The translations under genes were made by a program, and so were the position numbers. Of a stretch of 64,000 nt of DNA, positions 13,069 through 23,659 are shown piece after piece. Each line of letters begins with the position of its first letter. The stretch's first letter is position 1. This DNA comes from Cirrosporium novae-zelandiae (taxonomy: Eukaryota): positions 372,001 through 436,000 of the forward strand of contig JAPETS010000006.1 of the NCBI GenBank assembly GCA_026023565.1, given 5' to 3'. Below the pieces are notes generated by a model. The model saw only the letters and a program-made list of their open reading frames with translations, was not told where the DNA came from and searched no databases.

Positions 13069-15083
13069 TCAACTCATACCCAAACTTACAGCCCTCCGTC
13101 TCTTATGTAGATCGCTGTTACTAGGTCTTTGTCTATTCGGGCTAGAACCAGCAGTCAAGGCATTCGGCTTTCTCCTTCTCACAATCTGGTATCCCCTATC
13201 GAGCTCGACCTCGACCGCACAGCGGACCTTCAATGCGCTAATGGCAGGCCAGACGCTTCTCTCGCCACGGAGGATCCAATGATCCAGACTCTCCTTGGTT
13301 GGGTTTTCTAGCAATTTCAGGAAATCTCTAGCGCGCAGGTCCGGGATGAGGGTTAAACTAGCACCGGGGATTTCTTCGTCGATGAGTAGTCGGCGTAGGG
13401 ATACGGGCAGGAGACCGAGGTAGTCGAGCTGGCGGAGGCGGTGGTGGACTTCTAGGGTTAGGGTGCGTAGGAGAGGGAGTGGGATGTTCCATCGGCTGGA
13501 ATGGCGGGGGTCGGGGTGCTGGAAGTCGGAGCGGAGGAAGGGGGCCACGTATGGGCGAGCCTGGGAGACGATGAAGTGGTTCACGTTGAAGAGTTCGGCG
13601 ATGCGGCTCAGGGGCGACTCCCGCTCGTGGTAGTTTGCGTGTCGCCAAGAGTGGAAAGTTATTTCGTGGGAGGCAGCCCAGGGCACCACGGCACCAGTCT
13701 CGTCTTTGCATTGCAGGGTGACAGGAGAATATAATGTGCCCGAAGAGGCGTTCGATGCTAATGCTGCGGACCAGATAAGCTGCTCGAAATTAGTCCTTTT
13801 TTAATCATGGTCCATGTGATGATACTAATTGTATTAGGACCCCGCGAAGAATCTTTTTTCTGTAGTATATTTTTGGGGAGAGCGGGAATAAAACACTTGT
13901 CTCTTGGGTACCATTCTCTAAAAACTTACAATATTTGGTGCTGTCAAATAATTTAAAAGGTTTGGAACACCTCCTCTTCCTGATGTCGCCACCGTGATAT
14001 TGAGAATCCGTTTCGTTCTAGCATATGCTTCTTCAAAGGTGAGGTCACCAACGTTTGCTCGAACGCATTCTTCCAAAACGTTGACGTCTAAGAAATATCC
14101 TTCTTTGACAAACCTGCGGATCCTTCGAAGGCTTGTTTGATACCATCCCCCGTTTTTAACCTCTGGAACAATTGAGTTTTGCTTCTTCGCTCGACGTGTC
14201 TTACTGCGCCGGTCAAATGCAGTCAAGTCAATTCCCCCTCCGTTGAGAAAGCGAAGTAGTTCATCCTCCGTGTGTATGCAGACGAGGGCGGCAATCAATG
14301 CCCCAGTGGCGGTGCCAGTGATAATTCTCGGGAGCAATCCCCGTAGATGTAATGCTTTGACTACTCCAAGATGGCACAAACCGAATATCGCACCTCCTTG
14401 CAGAACAAGAGTAGACCTTCCAAACGCTTGTCGTGTATCATGGAGCAAATCAAGCTTAGCCTGAGACGAGAACCCACCTTCAAGTGGCGGAGTGGCGGAT
14501 AGCCCCGCCACATACTCAATAGCTAGGGCAACCTGAGTGATATAATCCTCGATAAGCAGTTTAGTGCCAGCATAAGCACGATTGAAAAGTCGAGGAGAAG
14601 TTATGTTGCCTAAGTTTCGAACCAAACCAGACCGTAGAAGACTAACTAGACTCAAAATGTCTTCATCGTCTCGTGCTCCGATGATAGCCTCGAGCCGTTC
14701 TCGGATCAATCTGTAGTCATAGTATTTGCTCGTAGCATTTTGACGCCTGCAAAGAGTAAGAATGTGACCATTTGAAGTTCTTATTCTCGAAATAAGAAGG
14801 TATTTATCTTACTGACCAAAGATCTCCATTGGTAAGCTCATCCAGACGATATGCTATCTCCTCCCATTCCTCATACGTATGAGCACTACCCAATTCGTCC
14901 AATAGCTGATCGCGAGGCTTCTTCCCAAACCACCAAGCAAATAATCTCTGGCCTCATGTTAATCCAGCACTCTTCTTTTCAGGAGGAAAAAGAACTTACG
15001 GATTGCCAGAAGAGAGCTACTTCGAGTAGCATTCCCCAAATGGCTGAAATAACCCCGTAGACGTTGTACGTCGTCTCAGCCAT
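13069..15083 (-). CDS. Patatin-like phospholipase / TAG lipase family protein (Tgl3/4/5-like), catalytic residues apparently substituted
   Basis: Exons 15083-15000, 14947-14817, 14746-13930 and 13779-13069. Motifs YEEW...LD, FGRSTLVLQGGAIFGLCHLGVVKAL, GDLTFEEAY, LLNYLTAPN, ELFNVNHFIVSQ. The nucleophile elbow reads GTATG rather than GxSxG. Confidence 0.9.
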
Positions 15084-15552
15084 GTTAACTGGGTTGACCG
15101 TTGCTGCTTCATGACGGGTGAAAGTGGAAATTGCCTGAGTGATAAAAAAGAAATACTAAAATACATGTAATCTAAACTTGAGGGGGGACGTAATAGTTGG
15201 TTTCTAAAACTCCCCGCCTTGTCAAGCAAAGGGCAAGGAATGGAAGGGCTCGTGCCGCAATCACATGCAAAATTTCCTACTTTCTGGGGTAATGAGATCT
15301 GGGGAAACTCGGCGCAAAATAAGCAAAGTATCCCATTTCCCCATTCCCCTCCATAAAGTAACGCAACGGTTCAGATAATCCAACCAACTATTGGTCAACC
15401 CTTTCATTTTACTTTTTATATTCATGACCCCATGAAACCCTTCAAAGGCTTTTCAAAGTGGAAGAAAACTTTGTCTTTTGCATTGAAAAAAAAAGTCCTC
15501 TGTGATTCTCATATTAATTACATTTTTAAAAATTCTTCCCTACAATATATCC

Positions 15553-16737
15553 CTAAACCTTCCTTAGTGGCGGAATTCCTTCTTCTTTGCCTGCTTTGAA
15601 AACGTCACCCTTCATCTGTGGGTTTACAAATAGGAAAATCAAATTCCCAACCCAACTGAGAGCCGTATCAATTAGCCAATGCCTATCAGCCCCTCCCAGT
15701 GAACATGACTTCATTGCCCTGCCAAGTAATGAGACAGTAACCATGTAGTCCCCTTTTTCTAACCCTTTTAAGCTCGCAGTTGCTACTTCGTCTGGAGTTT
15801 GAGGCTTATCATCCCCTTCCAACTTCTTCGTAATATCCGGCTTACTTAGGTTTTCTTGTTCAAATCCCGGGCTCAATATTCCTCCAGGGAAAACCGTATG
15901 GATCTTAACATCAGTTACTGGAGCTGGATGCTTTCCACGTCGCGCACCATTATATAATTCTAGCTCTTGACAAAGTGCATCCGATAAACCCCTCAGAGCA
16001 GCTTTAGCGGGCGTATAGGGAGAGTATCCCGCAAGTGATACGAATGAGAGAACACTAGAGGTGAGAACGATATGTCGAGGGTGTTCGGAAGTCGTAGTGC
16101 CTGATGGATGTAACGATAACCATGACCTGAGAAAAGCATGACACAAGTATACCGCAGACCAATAATTGGTGTCCATCTGTCGGCGTAACGTTTCAACGGG
16201 GGTTTGAATGAAGAAATCAGGCCTGGAGGCCCCTGCACAGCACCAAAGAATATCTGGAGCTTGGTCACTATTCCAATCTGTAACCTCCTTGAGTATTTTC
16301 TCAGCGGCCGTTGGGTCGGTAAGGTCAGCACTAATATAATGGAATCTCTGAGATTCTGGGAGAGCTGCAGAAGCCTATACAGGTACGCAGTACAGATTAG
16401 TTAAGGTCTCACCAGGTCTGACAACGGCAGATTACCTACCTTGATATACTCTAGTGCCTCCTGCAGCTTCTTTACATTTCTTGCCACGATTACTACATTA
16501 GCTCCCTTTGAAGCTAGCAATTTTGCTACACCTCTTCCCATGCCTTGAGAACCCCCGGTAATAACTACGGTCTGCCAAAACAGAGGTTAGAAGGATTTAC
16601 CTATGGATAAGGCAGAGACTCACTTTTCCAGCCACCACAAAGTGGTTTTTGGAGGAGAACAAGCCCATTTTGTCGGCGCAAAGGGCACAAAGAAAACCTG
16701 CTAACAGAATTGACGCCCAGAAAAAGCCGATCGCCAT
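15553..16737 (-). CDS. TSC10: 3-ketodihydrosphingosine reductase (SDR family, KDSR/Tsc10)
   Basis: Exons 16737-16624, 16571-16440 and 16374-15553. Hydrophobic N-terminus, [12 protein letters not shown]ossmann motif, WCCAG, catalytic [23 protein letters not shown] typical of KDSR. Confidence 0.85.
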
Positions 16738-16947
16738 TTAACAGGACCTCACCCAAGAGCTGTTGGTAGGGAAGTTAACGAGTTGAGATCTCAAGAGTTT
16801 AACTGATTTGGGATAGTTTAGTAAGATGGAGCTATGAACAAACGTGGATGGCCGGTTATATTATTGACTAGTGCCGTGGAGACATTATAATTTGGAATTT
16901 TCGTAATTTATTCTATTCTAATTTGTTATAGTTTAATCTACTATATG

Positions 16948-16957
16948 TGAAAAATTT
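16948..16957 (+). promoter_or_regulatory. RRPE-like element TGAAAAATTT upstream of SAS10
   Basis: Exact match to the rRNA-processing element core, about 230 bp upstream of a ribosome-biogenesis gene. Confidence 0.35.
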
Positions 16958-17183
16958 AAATCACTTCATGCAAAACCTATTATGATGGACATAATGCTCG
17001 AGCGCTGTGGTCATTTTTATTTCCTGAGGAAGATGTAAGCCATTAGAGATTGGGCCGATGCTCCGATATCTTCAGTGCAAACACACCATATCAAGTTAGC
17101 TTCAACCAAACTCCAAAATCTCCAGTAGATTTTCAAAAATAATATTGGAAAAAGCTAAGAATTACGACAATCGACATTTGACA

Positions 17184-19276
17184 ATGGGCCGCAAAAGAAA
17201 GGCCGGAGCGCCGTTTGGTCAGCCAAAATCCAATGAAGATGGGAACGAATCGTCAAAGCTTGTCATCAATAGCTATGAAGATGTGGCTGATTCTGAGGAT
17301 GAATTCCACTTGAATAGAGATAAAATTCTTTTGGATGAAGGGCGAGAGACGAAGAGAAGAAGGAAAATTGAGGAGGAGGGTATGATCTCTGGGCTCTAAA
17401 TCCTAATCGGCTCTTAGGCTAATTCCCTAATCTAGAGGCATTTTTGCAACCATCCGACGAAGAAGTCCTAGGATACGATTCTGACGATGCCTCCGAGCAA
17501 AGCGATGAAGATGAGATAGATGACGAGGAGGACTCTGATATTGAATCTGATATTCCTGAAGAATATGCACCGCTACAACATCTACTGAAAAAAGGTCGCC
17601 GTGGGTCGTTCGCTGAAGAATCCGCATCTGCACAGAGGAAAGACGAATATGATGAAGAAGCCGGCTGGGGGGATTCCAAGCAGGATTACTATAATGCCGA
17701 CAATATTGAAACAGAAGCAGATGCGCTGGAAGAAGAGATAGAAGCGAAAAGATTACAGAAGAAGCGCTTGCAGAAAATGACAGAAGCTGATTTTGGATTC
17801 GATGAGGATGCATGGCTAGACGATGAAAAAGCCGAAGAAGATACTGGCAACGCAAAGAGTAGAGTGGTAACTGAAAAACTGCCACAGGTTCAGATTACAC
17901 CAGAAATGGGCGAAGATGAGAAATTCAAGTTACTACGGTTAAGATATCCCGAGTTCGAACCATTGGCGAAGGAATTCGTTGCTTTACAACCCCTCTGTCA
18001 GGATCTATCTCTTGCTGCCACAGCTGCAGAAGCAGTCATTAAGCATCAGTCTCTTAAACCTAGCAAAACCATACCAAAGGGAATAGGTTCAAAAACCCCT
18101 GTTGCTGTAGTTAAATATCGAGCGTTATCGGCCTATCTTGGTGTTCTATCGATGTACCTCGCCATCTTTACCTCAAGGGCTAAGGAAGAGATCACAAATG
18201 AAATAACCGCAATCCCTGCCTCGGAGCTTAGAGAGCACTCAGTCATGGCAAGCTTACTAAAATGGAGGGGAATCTGGGATAAGGTCAAAGATTTGCAGAT
18301 TCCGGATCTGTCAGAACTGGTCGTTACAGAAGAAGCTACGTCTATAGGTGTTCAGGATGCCCCAAAAAATAAGAAAAAGGCCAAGGCTACAGCAGGGAAG
18401 GCCCCTAGCAAGAAAGAAGAACAGAAGAGAAATGCAGCGCTACAAGCCGAGGTCGCTCAAGTGGAAGCGGAAGCTCGCCGTGCCAAAAGGATGCGAAAGA
18501 CTGAAGAAAATCTCGCTGATCTATCAACTCTTCTTGAGAAGAAGAAGACTTCTAAGAAACTGAAGGCGAAAGTGCCTATCATTTCTCAACTACATGATGA
18601 TGAGTCCGACTTTGGTGAAGAAACCACCCTGGATCCCCATGAGGCGGAACAAAAGGCCAAAAAGAAGAAGAGTCTTCGATTCTATACTTCCCAGATTACC
18701 CAGAAGGCTAATAAGCGTGACGCGGCTGGTAGAGATGCTGGAGGTGATGCCGATATTCCTTACCGAGAACGACTTAGGGATCGTCAATCCAGATTAAATG
18801 ATGAAGCAGAAAGAAGAGGTCAAAAAGGTAGAGACCTTTGCGATGAACTTGGTGGGGAGAGTGATGAGGAGGATAGAAGGGTTGCTAAAGCCATCCGTGA
18901 CGAAATAAATGGCAGTGAGGATAACTATTACGACATGATCACTGCCAGATCTCAAAAGAAGAAATTAGAGAAGCAATCCCGCGCTCAAGCCTACGAAGAG
19001 GCACAGAATCAAGGTGGGCAGCCCTTTGTCCAAGACACAGTTGGGCCGGACGGAAAACGAAAGATCACTTATGCCATCGAGAAGAATAAAGGGCTGGCAC
19101 CGAAACGCAAGAAGGAAGTACGGAATCCTCGTGTTAAAAAGAGGAAGAAGTATGAGGAGAAAAAGAAGAAGCTCAGTAGCGTTCGAGCTGTGTATAAGGG
19201 TGGAGAAGGCAAAGGATATGGAGGAGAGTTGACAGGTATTAAAACGGGATTGGTTAAGAGTATCAAGTTTAATTAA
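17184..19276 (+). CDS. SAS10: SSU processome component Sas10/Utp3
   Basis: Intron 17380-17435. Acidic N-terminus, GWG-x-SKQDYYNAD motif, Sas10 C-terminal domain KRKITYAIEKNKGLAPKRKKEVRNPRVKKRKKY...YGGELTGIKTGLVKSIKF. Confidence 0.93.
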
Positions 19277-19726
19277 GCTCAAGTTCGAGCATGATTACCC
19301 CTGGATGAAATAAAATAGCCGTTCAAAACCTTTTTACTCTTGAAATCCTCGTCTTCTCGACAGAATGCTCAATTTGTTCTCAGGACCATCTGGAATTTAA
19401 GCAGGAGTTCCGGACACCTTTAAACTGATAGACATGGAGCACTAATTGCTAATTCCATTTGATATTCAAGCTCAAGGTTGACTACCGACTACGCAATATA
19501 GATGGACAGCTAAGGAAGCTACTAACTTCTTTGACCGAGGCTATAGTTCCGTGTCTATATTGGATATTGCAGTCTATAACTCCCGAATATTTTAACCGTT
19601 CTTTACCATGTTCTCTATGACGTATCAAAGATTCAGCAGGCTATGGATTGTTAAACCTTGTTATGCATGTTCTTATAAAACTCTTTCCCCCTTGGTTTAT
19701 TTATTTATTTATTTGTATGAAGAAAT

Positions 19727-21043
19727 ATGATATCTAACCATATCCCCGCTTCCCCTCAATTTACTATTGCCGTTATTGGTGGTGGAATTGCCGGCCTCTC
19801 ACTTACCATTGGTCTATTGCGCCAAGGGGTCTCGGTTCATGTCTACGAAGCAGCCGACAGTTTCTCCGAGATTGGTGCCGGGGTTTCCTTCGGCCCTAAT
19901 TCCACCCGAGCAATGTCTCTTATTGACCCTGCGATTAAAGTCGGGTATGACAAGTGTGCTACTATAAATGGCTTTGAAGATAAAGCCCCGACTTGGTTTG
20001 ATTTTCGGTTGGGGATGCCATGGAGAGGAGGGAAAGAAAAAGGTGGATTGAATCCCGGACATATGATCCAAGGAGTGGTGGCGGGTAATGTTGGTCAGAG
20101 TAGTGTTCATCGAGCACATTTCTTAGATGAGATGGTCAAATTGATCCCGAGTGACAGGGCAAGCTTTGGGAAAAGACTCCAGGAAATAGAAGAAATAAAA
20201 GGCGGTGTTAGGATGAAATTTCAAGATGGGACAACCGCGGAAGCTAGTGCTGTCATCGGATGTGACGGGATTAAGAGTCGGACAAGAGAGATTTTGCTGG
20301 GAGAAGAGACACCTGCGGTGCATGCGACTTTCAGTGGGAAGTATGCGTATCGCGGGTTGCTGCCTATGGGCAAGGCCGTTGAACTGCTAGGGGAGGAATT
20401 AGCAAAAAACAGTCAAATGTACCTGGGCTACCATGGTCATGTTCTGACGTTCCCCATTGAAAAGGGGGAAACCATGAACGTTGTAGCGTTCCGAACAAAA
20501 GAGGATGACTGGGAAGATGACCGCTGGGTTAAGCCAATGCAGAGAGAGGACATGTTCCATGATTTCAGGGGTTGGGGAGAGAGCGTTAGGAGCATTCTAA
20601 GTCTGATGGAAAAACCAGATGTATGGGCACTCTTTAATGACCCACCTACGGAAAAGTATTGCCAGAGACGAATATGCCTCCTGGGAGACGCAGCGCATGC
20701 CTCAACACCGCATCAGGGCGCTGGTGCTGGGATGGCACTGGAAGATGTTTATATCATGTCATCTCTTCTCGGTGCCATACAAGACCCATCTGATATCGAT
20801 GCCGCTTTCAAGGCTTACGACAAGATTAGACGGCCCAGAGCAGAGAAACTTGTATCCACCAGTCGTGCTTGCGGTGAGCTTTATGAGTTTGAGCACTATG
20901 GGATCGGTGACGACTTAGAAAAATTGGCCGAAAACCTCAGGACTCGATATGATTGGATTTGGAAAGAAGACCTCGAGAAGCAGCAGGAGACCGCGATAGT
21001 GATACTGAAGGTAGATGCTAAGGGGCCTATTCAGCCCAAATAG
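19727..21043 (+). CDS. FAD-dependent aromatic monooxygenase, salicylate-hydroxylase-like
   Basis: Intronless 438-aa ORF with IAVIGGGIAG, EIGAG, VHRAHFLD, GCDGIKS (DG motif) and LLGDAAHASTPHQGAGAGMALED (GD motif). Confidence 0.9.
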   Translation: MISNHIPASPQFTIAVIGGGIAGLSLTIGLLRQGVSVHVYEAADSFSEIGAGVSFGPNSTRAMSLIDPAIKVGYDKCATINGFEDKAPTWFDFRLGMPWRGGKEKGGLNPGHMIQGVVAGNVGQSSVHRAHFLDEMVKLIPSDRASFGKRLQEIEEIKGGVRMKFQDGTTAEASAVIGCDGIKSRTREILLGEETPAVHATFSGKYAYRGLLPMGKAVELLGEELAKNSQMYLGYHGHVLTFPIEKGETMNVVAFRTKEDDWEDDRWVKPMQREDMFHDFRGWGESVRSILSLMEKPDVWALFNDPPTEKYCQRRICLLGDAAHASTPHQGAGAGMALEDVYIMSSLLGAIQDPSDIDAAFKAYDKIRRPRAEKLVSTSRACGELYEFEHYGIGDDLEKLAENLRTRYDWIWKEDLEKQQETAIVILKVDAKGPIQPK

Positions 21044-21541
21044 AAGTATGTCATATTGGGCACGTTAGGATACACGGAAGATCATTGGACTCCTGTAAGA
21101 GAGATAAGAAGATATTACTTTTGAAAGTATGCTTACACGTGTTTTATGGATTAGCGCAGCTACCCATTTAGATATATGTCCCAGTTATGCATCCCCGTTT
21201 TGGATAATTATGAATATGAATGAGACTTTCTACGGATTCATCCTAGATCTCAACACCAAATTGTTTATTCCTACAGGGTGGGGCAAAAGACTGCAGACGC
21301 AATGGTATGACCATTGGTTGCCAAAAGTTCGGGCCCGACTCTACAAGTATGCCCATATTTTGAGAGATAGAGGCCCTTTCTTGAGCTAATCCTTTAATTA
21401 CAGAAGGGGGTATAATAATGCCAACTTCAGATTAGAGCTCCACAGAGAAAAGTCTAAGAAGGGGATGGTTTCAGATGCAGGCGGGAACGAGTGCGCCAAA
21501 ATGAATTTTGTGCCTTTCCCCAGTAGTATTCACTAATATTC

Positions 21542-23344
21542 ATGAGACAGAACTCAGTGCTATCAACATCATCCCTTGCCGACCACAAGATCCATAAGGC
21601 TTATCCATGTTCTTCCTGAGTCGCAGGGGCCGACCATTAAATGCACAGTCACAGTCTACTCTCTAGAGGATTGCCCTTGTTACAGAGCATTATCCTATAC
21701 TTGGGGTGATCCTACGAATACCCACACCATATCGTGCAATGGCGAACCTTTCCTTGTCACTGAAAATCTCTGGCAATTTCTTCAAAAAAGCAGAAGCTTG
21801 GGCTGGATCTTTGGAAGGGCCAGCAACAACTGCATACTGGATTGATGCAATCTGCATCAATCAAGGGGATACCGAGGAACGTAACGCTCAGGTGCGGTTG
21901 ATGAAAGATATCTATATAAGATCAGAGCTTGTGCTTATTTGGCTCGGCGAAGAGAGTTCTAATAGCACTGATGGTATTGAATTGATAAGTGCTCTCTGTC
22001 GTGCTCATCGAAACGGAAAAATATCACTCAACGGCCAACAGATTTTGAAAGAGGAGTTTGTGCCTGCAGGCTTACCAGACCCAAAGGTTCCCAAATGGAA
22101 AGCACTCGACGCTTTATATTGGCGACCTTGGTTTACAAGAATTTGGGTCATACAGGAAATTGCAGTTGCAAGATCCGCTATCTTTCTTTGCGGCGATTAT
22201 GCCATACCTTCCGGGGATTTGATTCTATCTGCACAAATTTTGGATAATCGAGGCGTAGGAATTTTGACAGGTACAGAGCCTCGGGAAGTCACAAATATGG
22301 CCTTGGCCATAAATGCGTTTCATTTTTACAAATGGGATTTATCTAGCTATTTGGTCTCAGCTCGCTCAAGCGAGTCCACCGACCCTCGAGATAAGATCTA
22401 TGGGATCCTTGGACTGGCAATAGATAAAGATAATACTGCCTTTGATCCAGACTATTCCAAACTGGTTGCAACGATCTACCGCGACGTCGCTGTGGCATGC
22501 ATTCAGAAAGCTAAGTCACTGGACATACTCAATAGCGTCCAAGATCCGCTAGTAACGCTGCTCCCTGGGCTTCCTTCCTGGACGCCAGATTAGTCTGCTT
22601 GCAAGCAACTCGGCCCCACCCGAGAGAGGAGCTGCCGGAAATTCAGAAGCAACCGTCAGCTTCTCCAAAGATCACAAAATCTTATATGCTCGTGGAGTCG
22701 CGATGGATGAAACCCGGGCCGTCGGGTGCGGCAACTGGCCAAAAAACTTTGACAATATTTACAGTCTCACGAGTTCATCGTTCCACGAGAGTAAATTAAC
22801 AACACTCAAGGAACGTCGATGGCGACAATGGGAAAATATGGCCTCGAAACTCGGGACCTACTACTACCCTACTGGCCAAGACGTCCAAGAAGTGTTCCAG
22901 CGAACCGTGATTTTCGATGCCCCCGTAAATACCAACGAGAATGACAACCCTCTTCCCCTCAAGGAGCTGTACCGCGCGTTCCATTGCCAATGGAGGCGAG
23001 ATCGACACTTTGACGGCGGCGACGATAAGTCGCTTTTAGATAAAAATCCAGTGGCAGGAGCTTACGCAAAAGCCGTTAATCTAGCGACCTCTTCCAGAGC
23101 GTTTTTTATAACCCGGAAGGGGTATATGGGATTAGGCTCGCTGTCGACTTGCTTAGGCGACTTTGTCACTGTGCTATATGGCGGCAAGACCCCATTCGTA
23201 CTCCGACGACGAGGAGGGAAACACTATTATACTTTTGCGGGAGAGCGCTATGTCCATGGCCTGATGAATGGAGAGGGCTTAAAAAAGATGGGGGAGGATC
23301 CTGAGGTCGATGATTCCAATGTTCAGGAATTCGCTATTCTTTGA
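21542..23344 (+). pseudogene. Disrupted HET-domain (HET-6-like) gene
   Basis: HET motifs are spread across three frames: YQHHPL..IRL and YRALSYTWGD (frame of 21576); WIDAICINQ, QVRLMKDIY, WFTRIWVIQEI, DPRDKIYGILG, LPSWTPD (frame of 21706); FFITRKGYMGLG, YVHGLMNGE (frame of 22703). Frameshift in the A6 run at 21784-21789, TAG at 22591-22593, a further shift at about 22594-22630, and an out-of-frame ATG at 21542. Confidence 0.85.
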
Positions 23345-23659
23345 CTCTAAATTTTCTGTTTTATCTGATATAAACCCCTCCAACCCTCCAGTAATAGTCT
23401 GCTTTGTTGATGTGAGCATTGAAGCAGGCAAGGAAACCTAACGTATCTTTAGTTGTCACAGTAATTAATTTCCTAACTTTTATTTTACTCTCTCGTAGAT
23501 TGGATCATGTCCAGCCAGTATCACAATACCACTAACAACCAAAGGGTGGAAGGAGTAACGGGAATACCAGCATCTCAGAAAATAATAATAATAATAATAA
23601 AAGAATCAAATAAAATTAAACCCCCCTCCCAACAAAACTAACTTTTTTTCGTTCACTCT

